Positions 24,721 to 34,076 of a stretch of 64,000 nt of DNA are shown here, one piece after another. Within the stretch, counting starts at the first letter, position 1. Each line of letters begins with the position of its first letter. Source of the DNA: a virus; the IMG/VR virus record IMGVR_UViG_3300045988_167582. The stretch is one strand, 5' to 3'. The position numbers and the translations under genes are program-made. The notes under the pieces are model-generated. The model made no database searches and was not told where the DNA came from. It saw only the letters and a program-made list of their open reading frames with translations.

Positions 24721-26946
24721 ATGAGAGTTCTCTTGTTATTAAGAGGCAGCGCTGGGTGCGGGAAATCCACATGGATTGAGCAAAACGGTCTCAAACCGTA
24801 TACCTTATCGGCAGATGACATTAGAATGATGTGTTCAAGTCCGGTCTTGAATGTTGACGGGAAAGAGGAAATCAATCAAAACAATGACACTGCTGTATGG
24901 AGTACACTCTTTAAGCTGCTCGAGCTGCGTATGCAGAATGGTGAATTTACGGTAATTGATGCTACCAATTCCAAAACGTCAGAAATGAACCGTTATAAAG
25001 AGCTTTGCTCTTCTTATAAGTACAGAATTTATTGCGTTGATTTCACTGACATTCCTATTGAAGTCACAAAGGAAAGAAATTTGCAGAGGGTCGAGATGAA
25101 ACAGGTGCCCGAGTCTGCAATTGACAAAATGTATGCTCGCTTTCAGACTCAAAAAATTCCGTCCGGTATTACAGTAATTAAGCCCGATGAACTCGAAAAA
25201 GTTTGGATGCGAAGAATCGACTTGTCCGAATACAATAAAGTCCACGTGATTGGAGATATTCACGGTTGTAACACTGCTCTCCAGACATATCTCGGTAGAG
25301 AAATTAAGGAAGATGAGTTTTACATCTTTACAGGGGACTATGTTGATAGAGGACTTGAAAATGCTGAGGTTGTGCAGTTCCTGCTCTCGATTTACGAGAA
25401 GAAAAATGTATGCCTTCTTGAAGGGAATCATGAAAGATGGCTGTGGATTTGGTCAAACGACGGAGTAAGCAAACCCAAGGAGTTTGAGTTTGTAACAAAG
25501 ACGCAGCTCGAAAATGCGCGGGTAAAGAAAAAGGATGTTCGTCGGTTATACCGTAGAATTGGGCAGTGCGCTTACTTTTCGTATGGAGAGAACGTTTATC
25601 TCGTAACTCATGCAGGCTTAAGCACTATTCCTGATAACCTGACCTTTGTTTCAACCGCGCAGATGGTTAAAGGAGTCGGAAGTTACAACGATTTTGAAGC
25701 CGTAGAAAAGGCTTTTGATAAAAACACTGCACAGAATTGCTATCAAATTCATGGGCACAGAAATACGAAACAGCTTCCAGTTAGAGCAAGCGAAAGATGT
25801 TTCAATCTCGAGGGACGAGTAGAGTTTGGCGGATGCCTTCGTTGTGTTGACTTACATCGGGACGGGACTATGGAAACTTCCGAAATTCAGAACACTGTAT
25901 TCAAGGCGCCTGATGAGATTCCGAAACCTGCAGCCGTATCTCATCAGACAGTTGGCGACGCTATTATCGCTCTCCGTCAGAACCGATATGTTCAGGAAAA
26001 GAAATACGGGAATATCTCTTCATTTAACTTCACCAAAACAGCGTTTTATGACAAGATTTGGGACGAGCAAACAACAAAAGCCCGTGGGTTATACATCAAT
26101 ATCCCCGAACAGCGCGTCGTTGCCCGTGCATACGACAAGTTTTTTAATATTAACGAACGCCCCGAAACGAAGCTCGATATGCTCCAGTACAAATTGAGTT
26201 TCCCCGCGACAGCCTATGTCAAAGAAAACGGATTTTTGGGTATCGTTTCCTATAACGATGAAGATGAATCGCTGTTCGTAACAACGAAATCTTCTCCGGA
26301 TGGGGATTTTGCCGGTTGGCTTAAAGATATGCTCTACGAGAAGTATTCCAAGGAAACACTTGAGGCGATTCGCTCTTTTTCCAGAGACAATAATGTCTCG
26401 TTTGTCTTTGAGTGCGTCGATATGAAAAACGACCCTCATATCATCGATTATGATGCAAGCAAACTGTTCTTGCTTGATATCGTATATAACGAAATGGCAT
26501 ATCGCAAGTTTAGCTTTGAGCAGCTTTGCGAATTTGCGGACAAGCATGGAATTACTCATAAGGAGAAAGCGTTCGTGCTTGAAACTTGGCAGGAATTCTT
26601 CGACTGGTACTACAAAGTTATCGATGAGGATTATAAGTACAACGGTCGAAATATCGAGGGCTTTGTTATCGAGGACTCCAACGGCTATATGGTCAAGCTG
26701 AAGCTTACCTATTATAACTTCTGGAAATTTATGCGCTCAATTTCTCACGAGGCAATTCGCAACGGGTACATTAGCGGTCGCCGCACATCGGCATTAACTA
26801 CACCGTTGGCGAATCAGTATTACAGTTGGGCTAAAACTCTCCATGATACAGAAGACCGAGATGCAGTTCCGAAGGATATTTGTACTTTAAGAAAAATGTT
26901 CTACCAGACGGATATTGGCAGACAATTTGCCGAGGAGGATACATAA
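24721..26946 (+). CDS. trifunctional Pnkp-type RNA repair enzyme (P-loop kinase, metallophosphatase, ligase/adenylyltransferase)
   Basis: LLLRGSAGCGKST (P-loop); VIGDIHGC ... TGDYVDRG ... LEGNHE (calcineurin-like); AYVKENGFLG (KxxG nucleotidyl-transfer motif I) in the C-terminal domain. Confidence 0.8.
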   Translation: MRVLLLLRGSAGCGKSTWIEQNGLKPYTLSADDIRMMCSSPVLNVDGKEEINQNNDTAVWSTLFKLLELRMQNGEFTVIDATNSKTSEMNRYKELCSSYKYRIYCVDFTDIPIEVTKERNLQRVEMKQVPESAIDKMYARFQTQKIPSGITVIKPDELEKVWMRRIDLSEYNKVHVIGDIHGCNTALQTYLGREIKEDEFYIFTGDYVDRGLENAEVVQFLLSIYEKKNVCLLEGNHERWLWIWSNDGVSKPKEFEFVTKTQLENARVKKKDVRRLYRRIGQCAYFSYGENVYLVTHAGLSTIPDNLTFVSTAQMVKGVGSYNDFEAVEKAFDKNTAQNCYQIHGHRNTKQLPVRASERCFNLEGRVEFGGCLRCVDLHRDGTMETSEIQNTVFKAPDEIPKPAAVSHQTVGDAIIALRQNRYVQEKKYGNISSFNFTKTAFYDKIWDEQTTKARGLYINIPEQRVVARAYDKFFNINERPETKLDMLQYKLSFPATAYVKENGFLGIVSYNDEDESLFVTTKSSPDGDFAGWLKDMLYEKYSKETLEAIRSFSRDNNVSFVFECVDMKNDPHIIDYDASKLFLLDIVYNEMAYRKFSFEQLCEFADKHGITHKEKAFVLETWQEFFDWYYKVIDEDYKYNGRNIEGFVIEDSNGYMVKLKLTYYNFWKFMRSISHEAIRNGYISGRRTSALTTPLANQYYSWAKTLHDTEDRDAVPKDICTLRKMFYQTDIGRQFAEEDT

Positions 26947-27162
26947 ATGAGACTGGTTTTCAGGTCGAACCTTGTTGGATGGGACGAAACTGCCACCAGA
27001 GCCTATCTTTATGAGCTTGAAGAGGGTGACTATGAAATGCTCAACGATATGACCCACGATGAATTGTGCGATTACTTCATGGGGCAGAAGTATCACATTT
27101 ATCACTTTGAGTTGAATGCACATTTTCTTGTAATGTATGAAGTTACAGCTCTAAATGTTTGA
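26947..27162 (+). CDS. hypothetical protein (71 aa)
   Basis: ATG abuts the upstream stop. Confidence 0.5.
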   Translation: MRLVFRSNLVGWDETATRAYLYELEEGDYEMLNDMTHDELCDYFMGQKYHIYHFELNAHFLVMYEVTALNV

Positions 27163-27176
27163 AGGGAGTCAGCAAT

Positions 27177-27669
27177 ATGGACATAGTTGGTAAACGATAT
27201 GGTCGTCTTGTGGTAATCGGGCTTTCCGAGAATCGCAATCGATATGTTATATGCAAGTGCGATTGCGGAAACACTTGCGAGGTAAATCAGTATAGCCTTG
27301 TTTCCGGGAATACACGCTCTTGCGGGTGCTTACGGAAAGAGATGAGTAGGGAAACGGGGAAAAGAACCCTGCTTAAAAAATTCAGAACAGCGTCTTGCTA
27401 CGAATCGGAAATATAATACAAACTTCCAGATTATCGAGAGTAAGCAGCCTAACAATCGAAATAAAAGCGGAACAAAGGGTGTTTGGTTTGACGCCTCACG
27501 CGGGGTTTACGAAACATACATCAGTCTGCACCGCAAGCGTATCTTGCTTGGACGATTTAAGACGCTTGCCGAAGCTGTAAAAGCTCGAAGCCGCGCCGAA
27601 GAGGAATTGTTCGCACCGTTAATCGCTGCGAAATATGCGGATTTACATAGCACAAAACACGAATCGTAA
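27177..27669 (+). pseudogene. frame-interrupted AP2-like DNA-binding / homing-endonuclease-associated gene
   Basis: N-terminal GKRYGRLVVIG...CKCDCG...SCGC is in one frame and stops at 27416. The AP2-like GVWFDASRGVYETYISLHRKRILLGRFKTLAEAVKAR continues in the +1 frame to 27669. The A6 run at about 27374-27379 is the likely switch point. Confidence 0.6.
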
Positions 27670-27685
27670 TTTGGAGGTATTATCT

Positions 27686-27991
27686 ATGAATTTGAAGGAA
27701 TCCTTTCGCTATCAGAATTTTCTCGATATGTTGATGCGCTCTGCAACCGTCAGTATCACATCCAAAGACCACTGCCTTGTGACCACAAAGACTCATCATT
27801 ACAATAAGGCGAACCCGGAGGCAGAAGATGTCGAAGAAACAATCTCTGTGGACGAGTTCTTCCCCAACGATACGGTAATCGCCTTTATGAAGTGGCTTGT
27901 TGAGGAGCGCGAAAAGCTGACTAAGGCAATCGGCACTGCTAAAGCATCCGTTGGTTTCGACATTGATGCAGCTGTCGCGACAAACAAATGA
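27686..27991 (+). CDS. hypothetical protein; probably continues in another frame to 28172
   Basis: ggaggt RBS. ORF 27951..28172 overlaps in the +1 frame and reads like a continuation. Confidence 0.55.
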   Translation: MNLKESFRYQNFLDMLMRSATVSITSKDHCLVTTKTHHYNKANPEAEDVEETISVDEFFPNDTVIAFMKWLVEEREKLTKAIGTAKASVGFDIDAAVATNK

Positions 27992-28171
27992 GGCTTATGA
28001 TAAAGAAGGAGCGAAACAGTATATGCGTTCCGTAATTACCGATGCCGATAAGGTCTCTGCGGATATTGATTCCGCAATGATTAACACGCAGGTGGATTAT
28101 GCACCGGTATTTGATGTGAACGACACATTTGAGGACGCTATGACGGAGTTTTCAAAGACCTACGGCTGCTA

Positions 28172-28205
28172 ACCCAAACGAGAGCTTCGGCTCTCCGATT
28201 TGGGT
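28172..28205 (+). terminator. stem-loop, putative terminator
   Basis: acccaaa-cgagagc-ttcg-gctctcc-g-atttgggt immediately after the stop at 28172. Confidence 0.5.
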
Positions 28206-28672
28206 AGTAATCATCAGGAAGTATTTCGATTTGACGCCCGACGGTGCGAAACCGTTAACCATTAGCGATAATGGTTTTCGACCTGAAAGTATTAAAGCAC
28301 AACAAGATTCGGCTTAGAGTGTTGGAAATATTTTTTAGGAAAAGGCTCCACCTTTGGGCTCCTTAAGGGGTTTAATGCCCTTACTTATTGACAGTCGATA
28401 AACGCAGCACAAAGCGTTAATACACGATTCGTCGTTTTGCAATTCGTTATACATGATAACGTGTGGTCTTGCGGCTCGCATCTCACTAAACAAAACATAG
28501 ACCACTTTGGAAGAAATTTCTTAACAGTAAATTGGATTGCAGATTATTCAAATTGTTATAAAACAATTTTTACTTAATGTTCGGTTGCTTTGCGACCATT
28601 TTTCAAACCGAATTATGGAATTTTGATTACTATCCAAATCAGAGAGGCGAAACAAAAAGGAGGTATACATCG

Positions 28673-29122
28673 ATGAAATATGTCGGGGTCAGACACGCGC
28701 CCAGTCAGATTGGTTTGTATTGGTTTAGTGTACCGGAAGAACTTCTTGACTACGTTACAGTAGGCACTAAGGTGATTTGTGACACACGAAAAGGAAAGAC
28801 GGAAGGAACCGTTGAGAGGGTTCTGGATGGTTTCTTCGAAGACGAGGTAAAACAGATTTCCGGTAATCGCTACCCATTCAAAAGCATTGTTGGAGTTATG
28901 GTTGATTACGTGGTTGCCAACATTCATATTCCGTGGGAGATGGAGGCGTCTACGCCGCCACCGGATAAGATTTGCTGTAGAATGGGAGAATTTTATAGCA
29001 CGGGGACTTTTAAGACAAAAATCGTTATTGCAGCAGACGGTACGCTGCTCGATGGATATACCGCATATCTTGTTGCAAAAATGTTTGGGCATGATTCGTT
29101 GCGTGTCCTGATGAAGATTTAG
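28673..29122 (+). CDS. hypothetical protein (149 aa), weak ParB-N-like C-terminal motif
   Basis: aaaggagg RBS. IVIAADGTLLDGYTAYLVAK loosely resembles the ParB/Srx-fold DGxxR segment; low certainty. Confidence 0.55.
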   Translation: MKYVGVRHAPSQIGLYWFSVPEELLDYVTVGTKVICDTRKGKTEGTVERVLDGFFEDEVKQISGNRYPFKSIVGVMVDYVVANIHIPWEMEASTPPPDKICCRMGEFYSTGTFKTKIVIAADGTLLDGYTAYLVAKMFGHDSLRVLMKI

Positions 29123-29311
29123 ATAAGGATGGCGTTTTGTATGGAGACAATTGCAAACGTCGTCCTTTTTGTTTTAACAATTGTCATGGGCGCGGTTTTT
29201 ATATATGGAGTGTGCAGCACGAACGGTCAAAAACCTCATTGCGATGATGATTGCGACAATTGACCATTTCTAAGATGTGAACGATGCTTCAAGAAAGGAT
29301 GTGGATAAGCA

Positions 29312-30073
29312 GTGATTTTTATTACAGGTGATTGCCATGCTGACTACTCGAAGTTTTCAACAAACAGTTTCCCGGAGCAAAAAGAAATGACACGGGACGA
29401 TTATGTAATCGTGTGTGGGGATTTTGGCGTATGGCACCCGGATAATACCGAAAAATGGTGGTTCAGATGGTTTTCGGAAAAGAACTTCACGCTACTGTTT
29501 GTTGACGGTAATCACGAGAACTTCGACAGACTTTATAGCGACGAATTTGAAATCGTGGATTTCCACGGAGGTAAGGCGCACAAAATCTGCGAAAATGTTT
29601 ACCACCTTATGCGAGGATATGTTTTTGAGCTGTGCGGTAAGAAATTCTTTGCGTTTGGCGGCGCAAGCAGCCACGACATTCAGGACGGAATCCTTGAGCC
29701 AAGCGATTATAAATCGACTAAAGAACTGGCAAATGATTATAATAAGCGGACGCAGCGTGGAGAAATGTTGAGAATCAATCATATTTCGTGGTGGAAACAG
29801 GAAATGCCGTCGGAAGATGAAATGAAATTCGGGCTTGAAACACTCAGAAACAATGGAAATAAAGTGGATTATATTGTAAGCCACTGTTGCCCGCAAGAGG
29901 TTGCTTCGCTCTTTTCACACGGTTTTTACAAGCCGGATAAACTTACAGATTATTTTAATACTGTTGCGAGAACCACCGAGTTTTCCAAATGGTTTTTCGG
30001 TCACTACCATAATAACAAGCAAATTTTAGATAAGTTCATTATGCTCTACGAGCAGATTGTGAGGGTGGTATAA
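29312..30073 (+). CDS. calcineurin-like metallophosphoesterase
   Basis: GTG start; FITGDCHAD, VCGDFG, VDGNHENF. Confidence 0.8.
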   Translation: MIFITGDCHADYSKFSTNSFPEQKEMTRDDYVIVCGDFGVWHPDNTEKWWFRWFSEKNFTLLFVDGNHENFDRLYSDEFEIVDFHGGKAHKICENVYHLMRGYVFELCGKKFFAFGGASSHDIQDGILEPSDYKSTKELANDYNKRTQRGEMLRINHISWWKQEMPSEDEMKFGLETLRNNGNKVDYIVSHCCPQEVASLFSHGFYKPDKLTDYFNTVARTTEFSKWFFGHYHNNKQILDKFIMLYEQIVRVV

Positions 30074-30675
30074 TGAATGTAAAGATAAGTAGCGGAAATT
30101 CAAAAATGGGAGCAATCCCAAGTGTCTCATTACCAGCCGGTGTTACTTGCCGCCAAGATTGCGAGTGCAGTAAGAAGTGCTACGCCAAGCGGTTAGAACG
30201 GATGAGACCTTCGGTGCATCAGGCATATCAGCATAATTACGATTTGCTAACCCATGATTCGGATACATATTGGAGAGAAGTCGAGGCATCAATTATGATG
30301 TCTCGATTTTTTAGATATCATGTTTCCGGGGACATTCCGGATAATGTATACCTCGCACACATGATTGAAATTGCAGAACGTAATCCGCATTGCGAAATGC
30401 TGTGTTTCACAAAAAAGTATAATCTCGTTAATGACCATCTTGATTTTGGCGGCACCATTCCCAAAAACCTACACATCATTTTCAGCGGCTGGCGCGGCAT
30501 GAAAATGGTTAATCCATATAACCTACCGGAAGCTCATGTCCGTTACAGGGACGGTACGACTACAGCCCGTGAAAATGCGAAACCGTGCGGCGGGAACTGC
30601 GCGGAGTGCGCAATCACAGATGGAGGGTGTTGGGCGGCAAAGCACGGAGAACAAGTGGTTTTCAACGAACACTAA
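30073..30675 (+). CDS. Cys-rich hypothetical protein (possibly Gp88-like family)
   Basis: SLPAGVTCRQDCECSKKCYA near the N-terminus and CGGNCAECAITDGGCW near the C-terminus. The family name is from memory only. Confidence 0.6.
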   Translation: MNVKISSGNSKMGAIPSVSLPAGVTCRQDCECSKKCYAKRLERMRPSVHQAYQHNYDLLTHDSDTYWREVEASIMMSRFFRYHVSGDIPDNVYLAHMIEIAERNPHCEMLCFTKKYNLVNDHLDFGGTIPKNLHIIFSGWRGMKMVNPYNLPEAHVRYRDGTTTARENAKPCGGNCAECAITDGGCWAAKHGEQVVFNEH

Positions 30676-30691
30676 CCAAGGAGGCATTCTT

Positions 30692-31543
30692 ATGAGTAAC
30701 ATAAAAGACAGTCTCGGAGACCGCATGAAAGGGTACGAGAATGTATCTCGGAATTATTTAACTCGCAGAATTCCGGCGATTATTCGTATTGACGGAAAGG
30801 CTTTTCACACATTTACGAGAGGTATGAAAAAGCCGTTTGACCGTATCTTAATGTCTACAATGCAGGATGTTATGAAATACCTTTGTGAGAATATCCAAGG
30901 ATGTGTGTTCGGGTATACTCAGTCGGACGAAATTACGCTTGTTCTTACCGACTATGAGAAAATTACGACCGATGCGTGGTTCGGATACAATATTCAGAAA
31001 ATGTCAAGCATCGCCGCCAGTATGGCTTCGGTTGCGTTTAATAAGTTTTTCTACAAGGCGATTGACGATTACGCCAATACTGATGAAGCCCTTTCATATT
31101 TAATCTCCGAAGACGAAGAAAAGAAGAAAGAGATAAAATGTTATCTTTCAACTCTACACGGTGCTTTAAGCAAAGGTGCGGTATTTGACGCGAGAGCTTT
31201 TTCAATTCCTAAAGATGAAGTTTGCAACTGCTTAATTTGGCGGCAGCAGGATGCTACACGAAATAGTATTGAAGCAGTGGGGCAGGCATATTTCAGCCAC
31301 AGTGTTTTACATAAGAAATCCTGCAACATGATTCAGGAAATGCTCTGGAGCCAAAAGAATATCAACTGGAACGATTTCCCGACGGACTGTAAGCGCGGCA
31401 CTTGTTGCTACAGACAGCCGTCAACTGAATACATCGAAACAAAAACGGGCGAGTTCATTGAGGTTTCTCGCAATCGATGGACAATTGATAAGGACATCCC
31501 GATTTTTACACAGAACAGAGCTTTCATTGAAAAATGGATTTAG
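30692..31543 (+). CDS. Thg1-like 3'-5' nucleotidyltransferase (tRNA-His guanylyltransferase family / TLP)
   Basis: aaggagg RBS; LGDRMKGYE ... IIRIDGKAFHTFTRG ... GYTQSDEITLVL are characteristic Thg1/TLP motifs. Confidence 0.8.
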   Translation: MSNIKDSLGDRMKGYENVSRNYLTRRIPAIIRIDGKAFHTFTRGMKKPFDRILMSTMQDVMKYLCENIQGCVFGYTQSDEITLVLTDYEKITTDAWFGYNIQKMSSIAASMASVAFNKFFYKAIDDYANTDEALSYLISEDEEKKKEIKCYLSTLHGALSKGAVFDARAFSIPKDEVCNCLIWRQQDATRNSIEAVGQAYFSHSVLHKKSCNMIQEMLWSQKNINWNDFPTDCKRGTCCYRQPSTEYIETKTGEFIEVSRNRWTIDKDIPIFTQNRAFIEKWI

Positions 31544-31614
31544 CGTAGAGATAATGTTATGGGGTGTTTGCGGAATGGTAAATAAGCTAACGGAAGGCGA
31601 AAGGTGTAGCGTAA

Positions 31615-31905
31615 ATGATAACATATGAAAGTATACCAGATGGATATGAGTTTTCTACAGAATTTCCAACATATATTTTAGGGTTTTGTCCTGATACGGA
31701 TAGTTGGTTTGCCACTAATCAAAGATTTTTCTTTTACGAATATCCTATGGGTTTTCCAAACGAGGAGACTGCAATTGAATATTTCAAGAGAAACCCAGAA
31801 GTGTTTTACAATTTGGAAAAAGAAATGAGCATATATCGCCCTTCATTTTATAATGATGGCGTTTGGTTGGAAAATACAAAGGAACTTATAATGATAAAAG
31901 ATTAG
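31615..31905 (+). CDS. hypothetical protein (96 aa)
   Basis: ORF only. Confidence 0.5.
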   Translation: MITYESIPDGYEFSTEFPTYILGFCPDTDSWFATNQRFFFYEYPMGFPNEETAIEYFKRNPEVFYNLEKEMSIYRPSFYNDGVWLENTKELIMIKD

Positions 31906-31925
31906 TTTTATAAGGAGTGAATCTT

Positions 31926-32489
31926 ATGTCAAGTACAGCAGACAATGTTTTAATAAATACAGATGCAAGATTATTTTACATATCGGATGATGTAGATAGC
32001 GCATCCATCGGAAAGATGTGTTTTAATCTTTTGTACTTGCTGAAACAAGATGATGATAACGAATCAAAAGAAAGGGATTTCAAAAGAGAACCAATCAAAA
32101 TATATGTAAACTCATATGGTGGAGAAGTGTATGATATGTGGGCTTTGATAGACATTATTGAGAAATCTAAAACACCAATTTATACATACTGTACTGGATA
32201 CGCAATGAGTGCAGCATTTAAGATATTTTTAGCAGGGCATAAAAGATTTGGAACGAAACATTCAACATTTATGTATCATCAGATGAATTGTTATAGATAT
32301 GGGAAATATCAGGATTTAGTAGAAGACAGAAAAGAAATGGATTTCCTTAATACTGCTAACGAACAATATGTCATTGAAAGAACCAAAATTCCGCAGGAAT
32401 ACATAAATGAAATCAGAGAGAAAAAGAGAGATACATATTTTCACGCAGACGAAGCGTTAATGTTCGGAATCATTGACGAAATAATTTAA
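31926..32489 (+). CDS. ClpP/S14-family serine protease-like protein, paralog 1
   Basis: taaggag RBS; YVNSYGGEVYDMWALIDII ... GYAMSAAF (Ser) ... MYHQM (His). Confidence 0.75.
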   Translation: MSSTADNVLINTDARLFYISDDVDSASIGKMCFNLLYLLKQDDDNESKERDFKREPIKIYVNSYGGEVYDMWALIDIIEKSKTPIYTYCTGYAMSAAFKIFLAGHKRFGTKHSTFMYHQMNCYRYGKYQDLVEDRKEMDFLNTANEQYVIERTKIPQEYINEIREKKRDTYFHADEALMFGIIDEII

Positions 32490-32494
32490 GGTCA

Positions 32495-32881
32495 TTAAAG
32501 AGAGTCGCTACTATTTCCTTCGCGCCTGTTCCATAACTTTGCTACAAAATCGGCAGCAGATTCTTTGCCATCATAGTTACAATCTTGGGGATTGATTGAA
32601 CCGTTATTACCAAAAGTCATCTGAGTGGTTCTGGCGCGGCAATTTTTGCACTCAATCCAGATAGCCCATTGAAAGTAGGCGCTTGTGTTTAGTTTTATTA
32701 TGGCTGTGCCGTTACAGAATGGGCACGGCAATAGTTGTTTGACTTGGAGTTCCACGTAATACTTTCTTTCACAATAACATTTAAAAATATAATCTGCAGT
32801 TAGTTGTGTAATATACGTAATAGTTAGGAGAAATACTTTTATGCTTGATATTATTTTGAAAAGCGGGAAGGATGATGACAA
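32495..32881 (-). CDS. Lar-family restriction-alleviation-like zinc-ribbon protein
   Basis: LLPCPFCNG ... ECKNCRA ... FVAKLWNRR matches the Lar-type pattern. The N-terminal 50 aa of the ORF may not be translated (internal GTG possible). Confidence 0.6.
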   Translation of the reverse strand: MSSSFPLFKIISSIKVFLLTITYITQLTADYIFKCYCERKYYVELQVKQLLPCPFCNGTAIIKLNTSAYFQWAIWIECKNCRARTTQMTFGNNGSINPQDCNYDGKESAADFVAKLWNRREGNSSDSL

Positions 32882-32919
32882 TTGAAGAGGCTGATAAGTC
32901 TTTATTTGGAGAAATTATT

Positions 32920-33732
32920 ATGAGCCACAAAATGAATTACATACCGTTTATAAGTTCTTATGACGATATACGAGCAGAGATGAATGACGACCTACAATAT
33001 AGACTGAAAAGCCGAACGTCAAAAACATCCCTTGGACGACCTCTGTATTATCGTATCAATATTCAGTTAATTACGACACAAGAATGCCCATTTCATTGCC
33101 CGTTTTGCTTAGAAAGACAACATCCGATGACAGGGGATAATAATTTTCCAGCTCAAATCGAAGCGCTCAAAAAGGTCTTAGGCGAACATCCGAACGCGCG
33201 ACTAACAATTACCGGCGGCGAGCCCGGGCTGTATCCGAAACATATTGAGGATGTGGTCACGGCGTATAAAGAAAGCGGCAACAACGTATTTTGCTCAATC
33301 AATACCGCAGGATATAGCACAGCCATAAACGATTTAGCTCACATAAATCTTTCACATAACGATTTTGTACATCAAAATCCCAATAAATTTCCGGGGTGTA
33401 CCGTTCAAACAGTCGCGGACAATCTGTCGGTTCGGTTTATTAAGGACTTTATGCGGATGAACGCTTATAGCTTTTCATTTCGATTTATGAGCGGCATGGA
33501 GAAAAAAGACTATCCAATAGACGTATGGAATGAATTGCAAAATGACGTAGAGATAGATGTAGGCACTTTTAGAATAGGAGATTTTTTCGTTTATTCGACG
33601 TTCAGCTATGCAGGCAAACGCGCTCGCATAACACTCGGTGATATGTGGCAGCAACAGCACAACGATTACCGTGACGGTTATTCTAATATCATCATTCATC
33701 CGAACGGTCATATTGCAACGAATTGGAGGTAA
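32920..33732 (+). CDS. radical SAM enzyme of unknown specificity
   Basis: ECPFHCPFCLE is CX3CX2C; LTITGGEPGLYP (SAM-binding GGE motif); ggaga RBS before ATG 32920 (the ORF opens at 32872). Confidence 0.8.
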   Translation: MSHKMNYIPFISSYDDIRAEMNDDLQYRLKSRTSKTSLGRPLYYRINIQLITTQECPFHCPFCLERQHPMTGDNNFPAQIEALKKVLGEHPNARLTITGGEPGLYPKHIEDVVTAYKESGNNVFCSINTAGYSTAINDLAHINLSHNDFVHQNPNKFPGCTVQTVADNLSVRFIKDFMRMNAYSFSFRFMSGMEKKDYPIDVWNELQNDVEIDVGTFRIGDFFVYSTFSYAGKRARITLGDMWQQQHNDYRDGYSNIIIHPNGHIATNWR

Positions 33733-33737
33733 AAATC

Positions 33738-34016
33738 ATGAATAGCGAAAAGGGGTTTATAGTTTATGAAGATAGCGGAACAAGTTTTAAAAATTGCAAA
33801 ACATCCGAAAAATGGTTCTCGACATATGATGACGCGATGGAATATGCGATAAAGATTGTACAAAGAAGAACAAGCGAGTTCAAAATTGGTATTGGTATTA
33901 ACAGCTCATTGACGGTATATGAAGGAGTAGAAGCAATTCTGCATAAACCGCATTTAGTTCCATGCGGTAAGGTCGCTTTTAGTTGGCATACCTACGCTCA
34001 GATATTCAGAGAATGA
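33738..34016 (+). CDS. hypothetical protein (92 aa)
   Basis: ggaggt RBS. Confidence 0.55.
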   Translation: MNSEKGFIVYEDSGTSFKNCKTSEKWFSTYDDAMEYAIKIVQRRTSEFKIGIGINSSLTVYEGVEAILHKPHLVPCGKVAFSWHTYAQIFRE

Positions 34017-34076
34017 GGCGAAAAGCTTGCATATTAGCTGAAAAATTATAGAGTACTACGAGGAGGTTAGATTTGT

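Noticed and set aside
27371-27385. Classical -1 programmed ribosomal frameshift at the A-run in the AP2-like gene.
   Set aside because: The downstream frame is +1 relative to the upstream one, and the site is not an X_XXY_YYZ heptamer in the zero frame. Homopolymer indel or transcriptional slippage is more plausible.
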